IMG/VR virus record: IMGVR_UViG_2558860288_000006
Reading direction: 5' to 3' (one strand)
Source of the DNA: a virus
Taxonomy: Duplodnaviria; Heunggongvirae; Uroviricota; Caudoviricetes
DNA length: 47,388 nt
Positions 35,527-45,935 of the stretch are shown piece after piece. The number at the start of each line of letters is the position of its first letter. Positions within the stretch are counted from its first letter, which is position 1. The notes under the pieces were generated by a model. It had not been told where the DNA came from, ran no database searches, and was given only the letters and a program-made list of their open reading frames with translations. The translations under genes were made by a program, and so were the position numbers.

Positions 35527-36288
35527 TCACTTTTCCGACACAATACGACTGGAGGAATCAACAATCTGTCGAACAATATCCCGGTGCTTATTCAGCTCCC
35601 GCAGCGCGGCGCAGACACGCTCCCACTTCTGGACATGACTTTTCGCCCGACGCAGTTCGCGATTTGCCATATGCAGCGATGGTAAAACCAGGTCATCCGC
35701 TTGCGTTTCGGTGAACGGTGGCAACGACTGCACAATGTCCGCCACAGTTTCTGTTTTAATATCTTCCTGTGTTGCAGCCTCCTGTACTGGTAACGCAACA
35801 CCTGCTAGTTGAGGAAAGGCTTTACCATCAGTTTCCGTTACCGATACAGCTTTCGGCTCTGCTGGTAAATCATCGCCCGGCATGCAGTAACGAAATTTAC
35901 CGTTCTGATTAACGCGAATCAGACGGCCTTTGCTGATTGCCATTGCCAGCGTTGAAGCCACTTTGCGTGATGTGGTGCCGAAAAACGTAGCCAGTTCATC
36001 CGCCGTTTGTGGGCCACGTTGTTCAATCGTCGCGGTTAAATCGCACTCTGAGATTTTCGCTACTGTTGCCGTGGTGGTTTCTTCCGGCAGTTCTGCCTGC
36101 TCTGCCTGTTCCTGCTGAACGTTGTTATCAGCCACACGCCAGGTGTATACGCTTTTATCAACGAAGCCAGCCTTTTTAAGTTCCCACAGCTCGTTCAACA
36201 CTTCTTCACGACTGATATCAAGTCGCGCAGCCAGTTCTACCGACGTGGCTTTTCCCATTGCTTTCAGTGCGTCAAAAACAGTCTCCAT
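35527..36288 (-). CDS. Winged-helix DNA-binding domain protein
   Basis: ATG at 36288 with a GGGAGG SD; N-terminal ...[30 protein letters not shown]... wHTH-like; a second similar segment in the middle (...[20 protein letters not shown]...). Confidence 0.45.
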   Translation of the reverse strand: METVFDALKAMGKATSVELAARLDISREEVLNELWELKKAGFVDKSVYTWRVADNNVQQEQAEQAELPEETTTATVAKISECDLTATIEQRGPQTADELATFFGTTSRKVASTLAMAISKGRLIRVNQNGKFRYCMPGDDLPAEPKAVSVTETDGKAFPQLAGVALPVQEAATQEDIKTETVADIVQSLPPFTETQADDLVLPSLHMANRELRRAKSHVQKWERVCAALRELNKHRDIVRQIVDSSSRIVSEK

Positions 36289-36310
36289 TAAAATTTCCTC
36301 CCGGTAAAAA

Positions 36311-37057
36311 TCACTTCGCAATTCCTGGCTGGACGACATTCGGACGCCAGCTCTCCCAGTTAAAATTCACCCATCGCCCGCCGTTCATGGTCATGCGATC
36401 CATAATCCTCTCGCCGAGCAATGTTTTCATGGCCTCATAGTTCAGGTTTGTCAGCATCCCCACGCTGCGCATCGACGCTGTCCGGCGATCAACAATCTGA
36501 TGCAGCACCACCTGCTCGTTTTTTGTCTCACGCTGAATGCCAATTTCATCAAGAACCAGCAGATCCACTTCGCACAGTTCCCGCAAAAATTTTTCGCCTG
36601 ATTTCCCGTCGTCATAGCTGGCGTGTAGAGCACTCATGACATCAGCCACGGTAACCACAATCACTGTCTGGCCATCTTTCAGCAGGCGATTCCCGATTGC
36701 CGCCGCCAGATGGTTTTTTCCGGTACCAGGTTTTCCGCTGAACGCAAAATTTGTACACCCGGTCATCAGTTCATCAGCGATAGATTTCGCCTGGCTCAAC
36801 GCGTATCGCTGGCCGTCGTTCTGCACCAGGTAATTCGCAAACGAGCATTTGCGGTGCAACGGCTGGATGCCGGAGCGATTCAGGATTTTTTCCACCCGCA
36901 ACTGACGATTCTGACGGTTGATCTCCTCACAACGTTTCTGGCCTTCTGCAAGTTGCCACTCGCGCCACTCAGCCACCGTCCTGAATGGCGCGGTTACATG
37001 TGGCGGGGCCAGTCTGCGGATACGTTCCAGAACGCCGCCTGTCGCAATATTTTTCAT
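36311..37057 (-). CDS. ydaV: DnaC-like helicase loader (IstB-type AAA+ ATPase)
   Basis: Walker [16 protein letters not shown] and Walker [10 protein letters not shown]; 248 aa; downstream of the replication initiator as in Rac ydaU-ydaV. Confidence 0.75.
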   Translation of the reverse strand: MKNIATGGVLERIRRLAPPHVTAPFRTVAEWREWQLAEGQKRCEEINRQNRQLRVEKILNRSGIQPLHRKCSFANYLVQNDGQRYALSQAKSIADELMTGCTNFAFSGKPGTGKNHLAAAIGNRLLKDGQTVIVVTVADVMSALHASYDDGKSGEKFLRELCEVDLLVLDEIGIQRETKNEQVVLHQIVDRRTASMRSVGMLTNLNYEAMKTLLGERIMDRMTMNGGRWVNFNWESWRPNVVQPGIAK

Positions 37058-37063
37058 GGTCAG

Positions 37064-37921
37064 TTACCCCCTGAAGCCTGGCGGGATCGCACTATCCGGT
37101 AACGAGACGGTGTTAACCTGTCGGAGTAACGTCTCAGGTCGAACACCTTTCGGCGCGAACAAGCCCTGGTATTCATTGGCGATGCTGTGTCGAATCACCT
37201 GCTCAGGTGAAAAACCCTGCTGGCGGAATTTTTCCAGCTCCCGTATCGCCCCGTTAGCGCCCTGCTCCGTTCGAATCGGTTTTCGCAATGCCTGGCGAAA
37301 TTCAACCCACTCACGCCAAAGCGAGACAGAAATCCAGTTCGGCAAAGCAATATCCAGAGGGTCAAACTTTTTGACACCTCGATTCCCCCGGGGGGGATTT
37401 AGGGGGGGAGCTGTTTTTAGATCTTTATCTGTATCTTTATTAGTTGCCTTTGTGTTGACATCATGTTCAAACACCACTTCAACATCTGTTTGAACACCTG
37501 TTAAATTTCTCTCTTGTTTTGTTTGAACATCTGCTTCCTTTCTGCTTCTTCTGGCCTGAACCGATGCTTTTCCTGCGGCTGATTTTTTGGTTAATTTTTC
37601 CCTGACTGATGCCAGATCTTCCTCAATCCGAAGATGCACCCATTCCTCGCCGTTATCGCAAAAAAACTCCCGCAAGGATGGTTCAACATCAGCCCATCGC
37701 TCGTTAGTCAGACGGGCAATTTTTGCCAGCCTGTTTTTAGGTATTGGCTTTCCTGTTTGCCAGTAATTGAACATCAGCAACAAATACGCACCATGCTCCT
37801 CTGCTGACAAATGCATGGTGTCAGCCAGGTAATCAGCTATGTACAGTTGCATGTATGGTAATGCGGCCATAATTGCCCCGTATGATGCTGCCCGGTGGCT
37901 TAGAATAAGCACAAACAGCAT
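37064..37921 (-). CDS. ydaU: Replication initiation protein (YdaU-like)
   Basis: 285 aa (matches my recollection of Rac YdaU length); directly upstream of the DnaC-like gene; alternative ATG at 37870. Confidence 0.5.
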   Translation of the reverse strand: MLFVLILSHRAASYGAIMAALPYMQLYIADYLADTMHLSAEEHGAYLLLMFNYWQTGKPIPKNRLAKIARLTNERWADVEPSLREFFCDNGEEWVHLRIEEDLASVREKLTKKSAAGKASVQARRSRKEADVQTKQERNLTGVQTDVEVVFEHDVNTKATNKDTDKDLKTAPPLNPPRGNRGVKKFDPLDIALPNWISVSLWREWVEFRQALRKPIRTEQGANGAIRELEKFRQQGFSPEQVIRHSIANEYQGLFAPKGVRPETLLRQVNTVSLPDSAIPPGFRG

Positions 37922-37933
37922 GGAAACTTTTGC

Positions 37934-38356
37934 TTAATGAACAATGACAGAATTGTCGGAAGACCCGCCGCCGCTGAAATGCGCTTTCTGGTAAACGGCC
38001 TGGACTGCATCATCATGCGCATCAATTGCCGTACTCAACGCTTCCTGCGCCGCCAGTAATGCACGGCGTTCCAGGGTATCGAAGATGCAGAGTCGGTGAC
38101 GCAGCTCGCGCGGAAGAATTGCCAGAACCGCAGGGATCAGTTTCTGAATTTTTTCCCTTTGCGCTTTCGTTTCACCTTTCAACCAACGGTGATAGATATT
38201 CTGCTGATTGTTCCAGTCCTTGCCTGGTACCAGGGGCAATTCGCCGCCCCCCTGGCGCAGATATTCTTCAGTAATTGCATTGGCTACCCATGCCTGCCCT
38301 TTTTCGGCTGCCAGGGCAAACAACACTGATTCGATGTGCTCATGCTTGATTTTCAT
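37934..38356 (-). CDS. ydaT: YdaT-like early protein
   Basis: 140 aa ORF between the Cro-like and replication genes, same order and length as Rac ydaS-ydaT-ydaU. Confidence 0.45.
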   Translation of the reverse strand: MKIKHEHIESVLFALAAEKGQAWVANAITEEYLRQGGGELPLVPGKDWNNQQNIYHRWLKGETKAQREKIQKLIPAVLAILPRELRHRLCIFDTLERRALLAAQEALSTAIDAHDDAVQAVYQKAHFSGGGSSDNSVIVH

Positions 38357-38378
38357 GAATCATTTGCCTCTTGATGTT

Positions 38379-38675
38379 TCAGGTATGATCAAATGAGGAT
38401 TTGTTACTGTCATTTAGTTGCTTCACTGACATATTCTGCGAACAACATGCCGAACGTCGTAAATATGACCAGTCAATATCAGGACGAAGTTCTTCGCACA
38501 GCACCTCACCTCTTGTTGCACGTTCAATTGCTGGACATCTCTCGGCAGGCAATTGACGTACCCCTTTGATCCATTGATTTACGCTTGGAGGTGATACACC
38601 TAAAAGCCTAGCCATTGCTGTTTGCCCACCGACAACAGCACAAGCTTGCTTGAATGAATAGTTCTCTTTTTTCAT
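38379..38675 (-). CDS. ydaS: Cro-like HTH regulator (YdaS-like)
   Basis: 98 aa; HTH segment ...FKQACAVVGGQTAMARLLGVSPPSVNQWIKG...; divergent from the repressor gene across an operator-rich intergenic region. Confidence 0.6.
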   Translation of the reverse strand: MKKENYSFKQACAVVGGQTAMARLLGVSPPSVNQWIKGVRQLPAERCPAIERATRGEVLCEELRPDIDWSYLRRSACCSQNMSVKQLNDSNKSSFDHT

Positions 38676-38701
38676 CGAATGAACTCCAAAAACACACAGA
38701 G

Positions 38702-38779
38702 ATATTAGGCGACGCCTAATACAAATGTCAATAGGCTATGCCTAATACAATGAGAGTAGGGATTGCCTAATGCAATGAG
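38702..38779. promoter_or_regulatory. Divergent early promoter/operator region (left operator cluster)
   Basis: Palindrome ATTAGGC-gac-GCCTAAT (38704-38720); three direct copies of GCCTAAT(A/G)CAA(A)TG; leftward -35 TTGACA (plus tgtcaa 38726-38731) and -10 TAATAT (38702-38707). Confidence 0.5.
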
Positions 38780-38798
38780 CATAGGAGAATATTAAGCA

Positions 38799-39275
38799 AT
38801 GCTTAGTGGTAAAGACTTAGGCCGAGCGATAGAGCAGGCCATTAACAAAAAAATCGCATCGGGATCCGTCAAATCAAAGGCGGAGGTCGCACGCCACTTC
38901 AAAGTCCAACCACCATCAATCTATGACTGGATTAAGAAAGGCTCCATAAGTAAAGATAAACTTCCAGAATTATGGCGTTTCTTTGCTGATGTTGTTGGTC
39001 CAGAGCATTGGGGGCTTAACGAATACCCCATACCAACCCCCACCAATCCAGATACAAAAAGTGAACTTTTAGATATAAACAACCTTTATCAAGCAGCCTC
39101 TGATGAAATAAGAGCGATTGTAGCTTTCCTGTTATCTGGAAATGCTACAGAACCAGATTGGGTTGACCACGATGTTCGCGCCTACATAGCAGCGATGGAA
39201 ATGAAAGTGGGTAAGTATCTGAAAGCTCTAGAATCTGAACGGAAAAGCCAGAACATCACAAAAACTGGAACTTAA
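38799..39275 (+). CDS. racR: Prophage repressor (CI-like, RacR-like)
   Basis: 158 aa (matches recollected RacR length); HTH-like segment ...SKAEVARHFKVQPPSIYDWIKKG...; flanked on both sides by the same operator sequences. Confidence 0.55.
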   Translation: MLSGKDLGRAIEQAINKKIASGSVKSKAEVARHFKVQPPSIYDWIKKGSISKDKLPELWRFFADVVGPEHWGLNEYPIPTPTNPDTKSELLDINNLYQAASDEIRAIVAFLLSGNATEPDWVDHDVRAYIAAMEMKVGKYLKALESERKSQNITKTGT

Positions 39276-39371
39276 ACTTATATGGTCTGACGGAAAACTC
39301 CTGGATTCCGTTATTTAACCCCCCCCATCACTTTCTCCAGTCGCCATCACCTATTAGGTTACGATCAAAAC

Positions 39372-39415
39372 ATTAGGCATAGCCTATTGACAATCAATTA
39401 GGCATTACCTATAGT
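39372..39415 (+). promoter_or_regulatory. Rightward early promoter with overlapping operators (right operator cluster)
   Basis: -35 TTGACA (39387-39392), 17-nt spacer, -10 TATAGT (39410-39415); ATTAGGC operator half-sites at 39372-39378 and 39397-39403; 21-bp perfect inverted copy of 38726-38746. Confidence 0.5.
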
Positions 39416-39593
39416 TCCAGCATACCACCCACCCCGCCCCACAGAACGCCAGGCAATACTTCGAGTTACCAGGCAGTGGTCAGGGGTTAAGTAGCCAGCC
39501 CGAGGCGTATGAACATGACGGCGGGATTCAAATTTTGCAGTGCAGCAGTTAGTTCCGCCACCCGGCGTTAAGGGAAAAGATTTGAGGTGATGT

Positions 39594-39944
39594 ATGACGG
39601 GAGTGAAAATAGCGCCTATCGAACTTACCATAGACGCTACAGAAGTAACGGAACACTTTAGTGCGATACATGGGTTATTTAAACTTCCACCCGCTGCCTT
39701 TGAGGGTGTTCCGGAGCATGTCATTGACTTGTTTCTGAACTACATTTTTTCCTTGCTTAATAACATCGTCCTTAGTGATTTCTCGACCACATTCGGCACA
39801 ACTAACGCCAACGAAATTAGTGTCAAAGTCAAAATCATCGGGCCGCTTGAGCATCTCACTGCCGCAATCAGGGCAGGCAACCTTCAAGGTCTGATTTTCG
39901 AGCATAGAAAAATCCTTCCATCTGTTGGGGGATATTCAGATTAA
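39594..39944 (+). CDS. Hypothetical protein (116 aa); fully overlapped by a minus-strand ORF, one of the two is probably spurious
   Basis: ATG with a GAGGTG SD; same orientation as the downstream early genes and the promoter at 39387-39415. Confidence 0.3.
   Translation: MTGVKIAPIELTIDATEVTEHFSAIHGLFKLPPAAFEGVPEHVIDLFLNYIFSLLNNIVLSDFSTTFGTTNANEISVKVKIIGPLEHLTAAIRAGNLQGLIFEHRKILPSVGGYSD
39675..39905 (-). CDS. Zinc-ribbon-like small protein (76 aa); antisense to the 116-aa ORF
   Basis: C-x2-C ... C-x2-C (CPDCGSE ... CAECGRE); ATG at 39905 preceded by GGAAGGA. Confidence 0.35.
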   Translation of the reverse strand: MLENQTLKVACPDCGSEMLKRPDDFDFDTNFVGVSCAECGREITKDDVIKQGKNVVQKQVNDMLRNTLKGSGWKFK

Positions 39945-40346
39945 CCTAATTTTCGCTGTTGGGGAATAACGAAAACCACCGAAGCCCGGAGGTGGTGAAA
40001 TAAAACCGGGCACAACACGAAGGCGCATTTCCGATATCCATAAAGAGTCGGTCTTGTCTGTTAAATTTAAATGGTGGGAGTGCGCCTCCGGTTGTGAATA
40101 ACGACATTGCTGTGTGTAGTCTTTGGCGGCATCGGTTTTTTCTTGAAGTTCGACTGATGCCCGCCCTTTTTAAAGTGAATTTTGTGATGCGGTGAATGCG
40201 GCTAAGCGCACGCGGCACAGTTAAAAGTCATGTTAGTCCTTATTGGTTTGGGTGGGAAAGCCGACTGTAATTGTTAACTGGTTGCAGTCACCTGGAGGCA
40301 CCAGGCACCGCATCAACAAAGTTCATTTGTAAAAATGGAGATAATT

Positions 40347-40568
40347 ATGATTGCACATCACTTCGGAACTGATGAAATACCACGTCAGTGTGTGACTCCT
40401 GGCGATTATGTTCTTCATGAAGGCCGGACATATATTGCCTCGGCAAACAATATTAAAAAGCGAAAACTTTATATTCGTAACCTGACCACAAAAACATGCA
40501 TTACTGACTGCATGATTAAAGTCTTCCTCGGTCGTGATGGTTTACCTGTAAAGGCGGAGTCATGGTGA
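40347..40568 (+). CDS. kilR: KilR-like small protein (cell-division inhibitor family by position and length)
   Basis: 73 aa from ATG at 40347 with a GGAGA SD, same length and position as Rac kilR as I recall it. Confidence 0.45.
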   Translation: MIAHHFGTDEIPRQCVTPGDYVLHEGRTYIASANNIKKRKLYIRNLTTKTCITDCMIKVFLGRDGLPVKAESW

Positions 40569-40738
40569 TGACTAAGAAAATAAAATGTGCTTACCACCTT
40601 TGCAATAAAGAAGTTGAAAAAAGCAAAAGCATTACAAAACCACTTCATTTCATGCGTGGAGTTATCCCAACGACGGAAATGAAAAAATATTGTAGTGAAA
40701 TATGTGCCGAAAAAGACCAGATGGCACACGAACTTTAA
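40568..40738 (+). CDS. ydaE: Small Cys-rich zinc-binding-like protein (YdaE-like)
   Basis: 56 aa; ATG overlaps the stop of the previous gene; Cys pairs KCAYHLC ... CSEIC; length and position match Rac ydaE. Confidence 0.4.
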   Translation: MTKKIKCAYHLCNKEVEKSKSITKPLHFMRGVIPTTEMKKYCSEICAEKDQMAHEL

Positions 40739-40812
40739 TTAACTGACTATTCGAAACTGAATTTATGCCAGCAATGGCAGGGATTCGCTCAACCTTAATT
40801 AAGGAGAAAAAC

Positions 40813-41088
40813 ATGATTACCAATTATGAAGCCACTGTTGTAACTACCGATGACATTGTTCACGAGGTTAATCTGGAAGGAAAGCGTATTGGCTACGTGA
40901 TTAAAACAGAAAATAAAGAAACCCCATTCACTGTGGTTGATATCGACGGTCCATCAGGCAACGTAAAAACACTTGATGAAGGTGTCACAAAAATGTGCCT
41001 GGTTCACATCGGAAAGAATCTGCCCGCAGAAAAAAAAGCCGGATTTCTGGCAACTCTGATTGCAATGAAATTAAACGGTGAAATCTGA
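40813..41088 (+). CDS. racC: RacC-like small protein
   Basis: 91 aa from ATG at 40813 with an AAGGAG SD; position upstream of the RecE-like gene. Confidence 0.4.
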   Translation: MITNYEATVVTTDDIVHEVNLEGKRIGYVIKTENKETPFTVVDIDGPSGNVKTLDEGVTKMCLVHIGKNLPAEKKAGFLATLIAMKLNGEI

Positions 41089-41189
41089 AAGAAATAGCCT
41101 GCGTATGGCGCAGGCTATGAACAGTGTGTATCCGGCAAGATCATTCACTGAACAAAACGAATTTTAATCTGAGTTGAGGTTAAAAAACA

Positions 41190-44100
41190 ATGAGCACAAA
41201 ACCACTCTTCCTGTTACGGAAAGCGAAAAAATCATCCGGTGAACCTGACGTCGTCCTGTGGGCAAGCGACGATTTTGAATCGACCTGTGCCACTCTGGAC
41301 TACCTGATCGTTAAGTCAGGTAAAAAACTGAGCAGTTATTTTAAAGCTGTTGCCACGAATTTTCCTGTCGTTAATGACCTTCCCCCTGAAGGTGAGATCG
41401 ATTTTACCTGGAGTGAACGCTATCAACTCAGCAAAGACTCCATGACCTGGGAACTAAAACCGGGAGCAGCGCCAGACGACGTTCACCACCATGATAATGC
41501 TCAGGAAACCAAAGAACTGGCGGGGGGCCAGGAAGAAAACGCGCAGGCAGACGCCCACGGGGATTGCCAGGATTGCGAAGTCTCTGTAGCCACTTTGCGG
41601 TTCACACAGCGTCTTCTGCACATTTTTACGTATGCGGCCGGGGATCGGAAATACCTGCATCATGCCACCCGTGAACAACGCGAACACATCACTGCTCTTG
41701 AGATGGATCAGGAAAACAGCTATGTCCAGAATCTGCTGTTGGCCATACGCGGCATGGCAGAACCGACAACTCTGGATAATGCCGCCCTGCTCCGCCTGAC
41801 TGATGCAATTAAGGCAGTTTTCTCTATCACGAAAAAACATCAGCCCTATGAATTTAAGAATTTCATTTCAGCCTGGCTGGATACCGAACACATTGATCGC
41901 GGTCTTCTGACAAAAGAATGGCGAAAAGGGAATCGTGTTTCACGCATCACTCGCACGGCTTCCGGTGCTAATGCTGGCGGCGGGAACCTCACCGATCGCG
42001 GCGAAGGTTTCGTCCACGATCTGACGTCACTGGCGCGCGATGTAGCCACTGGCGTACTGGCCCGTTCAATGGACGTGGACATCTATAACCTTCATCCGGC
42101 ACACGCTAAACGCATTGAGGAAATTATCGCTGAAAATAAACCGCCCTTTTCTGTTTTCCGCGACAAATTCATCACCATGCCTGGCGGGCTGGATTATTCC
42201 CGCGCCATCGTGGTTGCGTCCGTGAAAGAAGCACCAATTGGGATCGAGGTCATCCCCGCGCACGTCACTGAATATCTGAACAAAGTACTGACTGAAACCG
42301 ATCATGCCAACCCTGATCCGGAAATCGTGGATATTGCCTGCGGTCGCTCCTCTGCCCCGATGCCGCAGCGTGTAACAGAAGAAGAAAAACAGGATGATGA
42401 AGAAAAACCGCAACCATCTTGCGCAATGGCAGATGAACAGGCAACGGCTGAAACAGTGGAACCGGATGCAACTGAACATCATCATGACACGCAGCCGCTG
42501 GATGCTCAGTCACAGGTAAATTCTGTTGATGCGAAATATCAGAAACTGCGGGCAGAACTCCATGAAGCCCGGAAAAACATTCCGCCCAAAAATCCTGTCG
42601 ATGCAGACAAATTACTGGCTGCCTATCGCGGAGAATTTGTTGAAGGGATTAGCGCCCCGAATGATCCGAAATGGGTTAAGGGGATCCAGACCCGCGATTC
42701 TGTGTACCAGCATCAGCCAAAAACGGAACAGAACGACCGAAAATCGGAACAAAACGGCCAAAATGCGCGACAAAATGAACCAGAAGCGCAACAGGAACCG
42801 GAAAAAGTCTGCGCCGCCTGCGGTCAGACTGACGGGGATAACTGCCCTGACTGTGGTGCGGTAATGGGCGACGCAACATACCAGGAAACATTCGATGAAG
42901 AGAATCAGGTTGAAGCTAAGGAAAATGATCCGGAGGAAATGGAAGGCGCTGAACATCCGCACAAGGAGAACGCTGGCAGCAATCCGCATTGCGATTGCAG
43001 TGATGAAGCTGGTGAAGCGACAGCACCTGTAGAAACTGAAATCATGTGGCCGTCATATTTCGAGCCAGGCCGCTATGAAAACCTCCCGAACGAGGTTTAT
43101 CACTCCGCCAACGGAATAAGCAGCACAATGCTGAAGGATGCCCGCATCAGCCTGATGTATTACCACGGACGGCACATTGCCGGAACTATTCCGGGCGAGG
43201 AAAGTGATGCATTGCTGCGTGGGCGGATTATTCACAGCTATGTTCTGGAAACGGATAAATTCGCTGATGAGTATGCCATTCCGGTACCGGTTCCTGAATA
43301 TGTGGTTACTACTTCTAACGAACTGATCGCCATCATTAAAAAACACAATGCCAGTCTGCCAGCACCGATGACACCAGAGCAGATGAAAGAGTGGATCGAA
43401 AGCTACAACAGCACTCTTATACAGCCACTGTCGGTAAGTGCCGGGGCCGAAGAAACAGGCATCCTTTACTGTTCGCTTCCGGAGGAATTCCGGCGTATTC
43501 CTGAGGGGGAAAAACACACAGCATCAGCAATGAAAGCCTGTATTAAAGAATACAACGCAAACCTCCCTCCTCTGTTGAAAACCAGTGGATCACGGGAGCA
43601 ACTTCTGGAGCAAATTGAAACTGTAGATCCAGAACTGGCAAAAAAAGAACGTGCTAAATCTTTGCCTTACAACATCAGTGGCACAAAAGAGCAATTAACC
43701 GAAATCGCACGGAAAATTCGCCCGGAACTGGTGACACTGGAAGACTGGCAAAAACGCCAGCAAGAAGAAAACGCCGGGAAAACGTTTATCAGTCCGGATA
43801 TGTATGAACAGGCAAAAAATATTCACGCTGCACTGCAAAACAATACCGATGCAGCAAGGCTACTCAACCACCCGGATCGCAAATCTGAAATCAGCTATTT
43901 CGGGTTTGATGAAGAAACCGGGCTGGAAATCAGGGTCCGTCCTGATATCGAAATCCGGCTGCCATACGAAAGCATTTGCGCCGACGTGAAGTCAGTCAGC
44001 CTCGGTTATGTGCGACAGGAACGACTGAAAGATCGCCTGCACCGTGAAATTATTGAGCGTGATTATCACCTCAGCGCAGCAATGTATTGCGATGTGGCAA

Positions 44101-44333
44101 ACCTGGACAAATTTTTCTGGATCTTCGTCAACAAAGATGCTGGCTATCACTGGGTGGCCGTCGTGGAAGCCTCGCAGGAACTCCTGGAACTTGGTCGACA
44201 GGAATATCGCCGGACGCTACGACAGATAAATGAAGCTCTGGAGACAAACAACTGGCCAGCACCGATTACCGAAAGTTATACCGACGAATTAAACGACTTT
44301 GATCTTCGTCGTCTTGAAGCACTGAGCATCTGA
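41190..44333 (+). CDS. recE: RecE-like exonuclease (exonuclease VIII family) with long acidic N-terminal extension
   Basis: 1047 aa; C-terminal PD-(D/E)xK-type block ...[23 protein letters not shown]...; followed by a RecT-like gene as in Rac recE-recT. Confidence 0.55.
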   Translation: MSTKPLFLLRKAKKSSGEPDVVLWASDDFESTCATLDYLIVKSGKKLSSYFKAVATNFPVVNDLPPEGEIDFTWSERYQLSKDSMTWELKPGAAPDDVHHHDNAQETKELAGGQEENAQADAHGDCQDCEVSVATLRFTQRLLHIFTYAAGDRKYLHHATREQREHITALEMDQENSYVQNLLLAIRGMAEPTTLDNAALLRLTDAIKAVFSITKKHQPYEFKNFISAWLDTEHIDRGLLTKEWRKGNRVSRITRTASGANAGGGNLTDRGEGFVHDLTSLARDVATGVLARSMDVDIYNLHPAHAKRIEEIIAENKPPFSVFRDKFITMPGGLDYSRAIVVASVKEAPIGIEVIPAHVTEYLNKVLTETDHANPDPEIVDIACGRSSAPMPQRVTEEEKQDDEEKPQPSCAMADEQATAETVEPDATEHHHDTQPLDAQSQVNSVDAKYQKLRAELHEARKNIPPKNPVDADKLLAAYRGEFVEGISAPNDPKWVKGIQTRDSVYQHQPKTEQNDRKSEQNGQNARQNEPEAQQEPEKVCAACGQTDGDNCPDCGAVMGDATYQETFDEENQVEAKENDPEEMEGAEHPHKENAGSNPHCDCSDEAGEATAPVETEIMWPSYFEPGRYENLPNEVYHSANGISSTMLKDARISLMYYHGRHIAGTIPGEESDALLRGRIIHSYVLETDKFADEYAIPVPVPEYVVTTSNELIAIIKKHNASLPAPMTPEQMKEWIESYNSTLIQPLSVSAGAEETGILYCSLPEEFRRIPEGEKHTASAMKACIKEYNANLPPLLKTSGSREQLLEQIETVDPELAKKERAKSLPYNISGTKEQLTEIARKIRPELVTLEDWQKRQQEENAGKTFISPDMYEQAKNIHAALQNNTDAARLLNHPDRKSEISYFGFDEETGLEIRVRPDIEIRLPYESICADVKSVSLGYVRQERLKDRLHREIIERDYHLSAAMYCDVANLDKFFWIFVNKDAGYHWVAVVEASQELLELGRQEYRRTLRQINEALETNNWPAPITESYTDELNDFDLRRLEALSI

Positions 44334-44344
44334 GGAAGGACACA

Positions 44345-45397
44345 ATGAACGAATTAACTCAACAAGAAAATATTAACTCTAATGTTGCGGTTTTCAGCCC
44401 TCAGTCCCTGGCTGCAATTCAGACATTTTCTCAGGTAATGGCTTCCGGCATGGCTACTGTACCGGAACACCTCCGGGGAAATCCATCAGACTGCATGGCC
44501 ATCACCATGCAGGCGATGCAGTGGCAAATGAACCCTTACGCAGTAGCTCAGAAAACTTTCGTTGTGAATGGTGTGCTCGGATATGAAGCGCAACTGGTTA
44601 ATGCCGTAATCAGTACTCGTGGGCCGCTAACCGGGCGTATTGAATATGACTGGTTCGGGCCGTGGGAAAAAATTATCGGGAAATTTGAAATCAGGAAGAA
44701 CGACAAGGGGAAAGAATATCGTGTACCTGGCTGGAAGCTGGCCGATGAAAACGGGATCGGTGTTCGCGTCCAGGCAACACTACGCGGAGAGAGCAAGCCA
44801 CGCGTACTGGAGTTACTTCTGGCGCAGGCCAGAACACGTAACTCAACGTTATGGGCCGATGATCCTCGCCAGCAGCTTGCCTATCTGGCTCTGAAACGCT
44901 GGGCGCGCCTTTATTGCCCTGAAGTGATTCTTGGAGTGTACACCCGGGACGAACTGGACGAACCACAGGAAAAAATCATTAATCCGGTTCAGGAACATAA
45001 AAACACATCCGCCTGCCGTGCGGAACGTGAAACAACAATTATTGAGCAGGATGCCGGGGAAAACTGGATCAGTGCTTTCCGTGAACGTATTGAGCAGGCA
45101 CAAAGCACCGGAGAAACAACAGCACTTCGCCAGGAAGTGGAAGATCATAAAAATACACTTGGCGCTCTCTACACAGAACTTAAAGGCAAAGTGGTTCAGC
45201 GTCATCACCGTCTCAATGCTATTGCCCGTATTGAGAAGATGATAAATGACCTACCTTCTTCAGGTGATCCAGAAGCAGAACAAAAATTTACTGCTCTGGA
45301 AAATACGCTGAATGCTGCCCGGCCACATCTGGGTGAATTATATGAGGCGTATAAAACGACACTGACAGATATGAAACCAGAATATATCGGCTCCTGA
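44345..45397 (+). CDS. RecT-family single-strand annealing protein (putative)
   Basis: 350 aa; N-terminal half follows the RecT-like pattern (...SDCMAITMQAMQWQMNPY...GVLGYEAQLVNAVISTRGPLTG...); partner position after recE. Confidence 0.45.
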   Translation: MNELTQQENINSNVAVFSPQSLAAIQTFSQVMASGMATVPEHLRGNPSDCMAITMQAMQWQMNPYAVAQKTFVVNGVLGYEAQLVNAVISTRGPLTGRIEYDWFGPWEKIIGKFEIRKNDKGKEYRVPGWKLADENGIGVRVQATLRGESKPRVLELLLAQARTRNSTLWADDPRQQLAYLALKRWARLYCPEVILGVYTRDELDEPQEKIINPVQEHKNTSACRAERETTIIEQDAGENWISAFRERIEQAQSTGETTALRQEVEDHKNTLGALYTELKGKVVQRHHRLNAIARIEKMINDLPSSGDPEAEQKFTALENTLNAARPHLGELYEAYKTTLTDMKPEYIGS

Positions 45398-45460
45398 TAT
45401 TGACTTTGGCGGTGTAGCCTCACCGCCATCACAAAATTTTATTTTATGAGAGAAAAGACA

Positions 45461-45655
45461 ATGCGGTATGAAAAAGTCAAACCATGCCCTTTTTGTGGTT
45501 GTCCATCAGTAACGGTGAAAGCCATTTCAGGATATTACCGCGCGAAGTGTAACGGATGCGAATCCCGAACCGGCTATGGTGGAAGTGAAAAAGAAGCACT
45601 CGAACGATGGAATAAACGAACCACTGGAAATAATAATGGAGGTGTTCATGTATAA
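45461..45655 (+). CDS. ralR: Restriction alleviation protein Lar/RalR-like
   Basis: 64 aa from ATG at 45461; Cys-rich (KPCPFCGCP ... KCNGCESRTGYGGSEKEALERWNKR) as in the Lar family; position before xis/int. Confidence 0.55.
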   Translation: MRYEKVKPCPFCGCPSVTVKAISGYYRAKCNGCESRTGYGGSEKEALERWNKRTTGNNNGGVHV

Positions 45656-45836
45656 AATTACCGCCACTATTGAAAAGGAAGGTGGCACTCCTACTAACTG
45701 GACAAGGTACTCAAAAACAAAATTAACCAAATCAGAATGCGAAAAAATGCTCTCAGGTAAAAAAGAAGCAGGCGTTTCCAGAGAGCAGAAAGTAAAACTG
45801 ATAAATTTTAATTGCGAGCAACTTCAGTCCTCGTGA
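45648..45836 (+). CDS. Small hypothetical protein (YdaC-like position)
   Basis: 62 aa from ATG at 45648 with a GGAGGTG SD; overlaps the lar stop by 8 nt. Confidence 0.4.
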   Translation: MYKITATIEKEGGTPTNWTRYSKTKLTKSECEKMLSGKKEAGVSREQKVKLINFNCEQLQSS

Positions 45837-45935
45837 ATTGCATTGTATTCAAATTAAAACTTCATAGCTGATTATTAATAATCAACATCGGGCGTCAATT
45901 TCAGTCTAACATTGGCGCCTGCCAGAGGTGATGCG

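Noticed and set aside
39398-39724. 108-aa minus-strand ORF overlapping the right operator/promoter region
   Set aside because: Gly/Ser/Thr-rich translation without a start context; it spans the operator repeats and promoter, which explain the sequence better.
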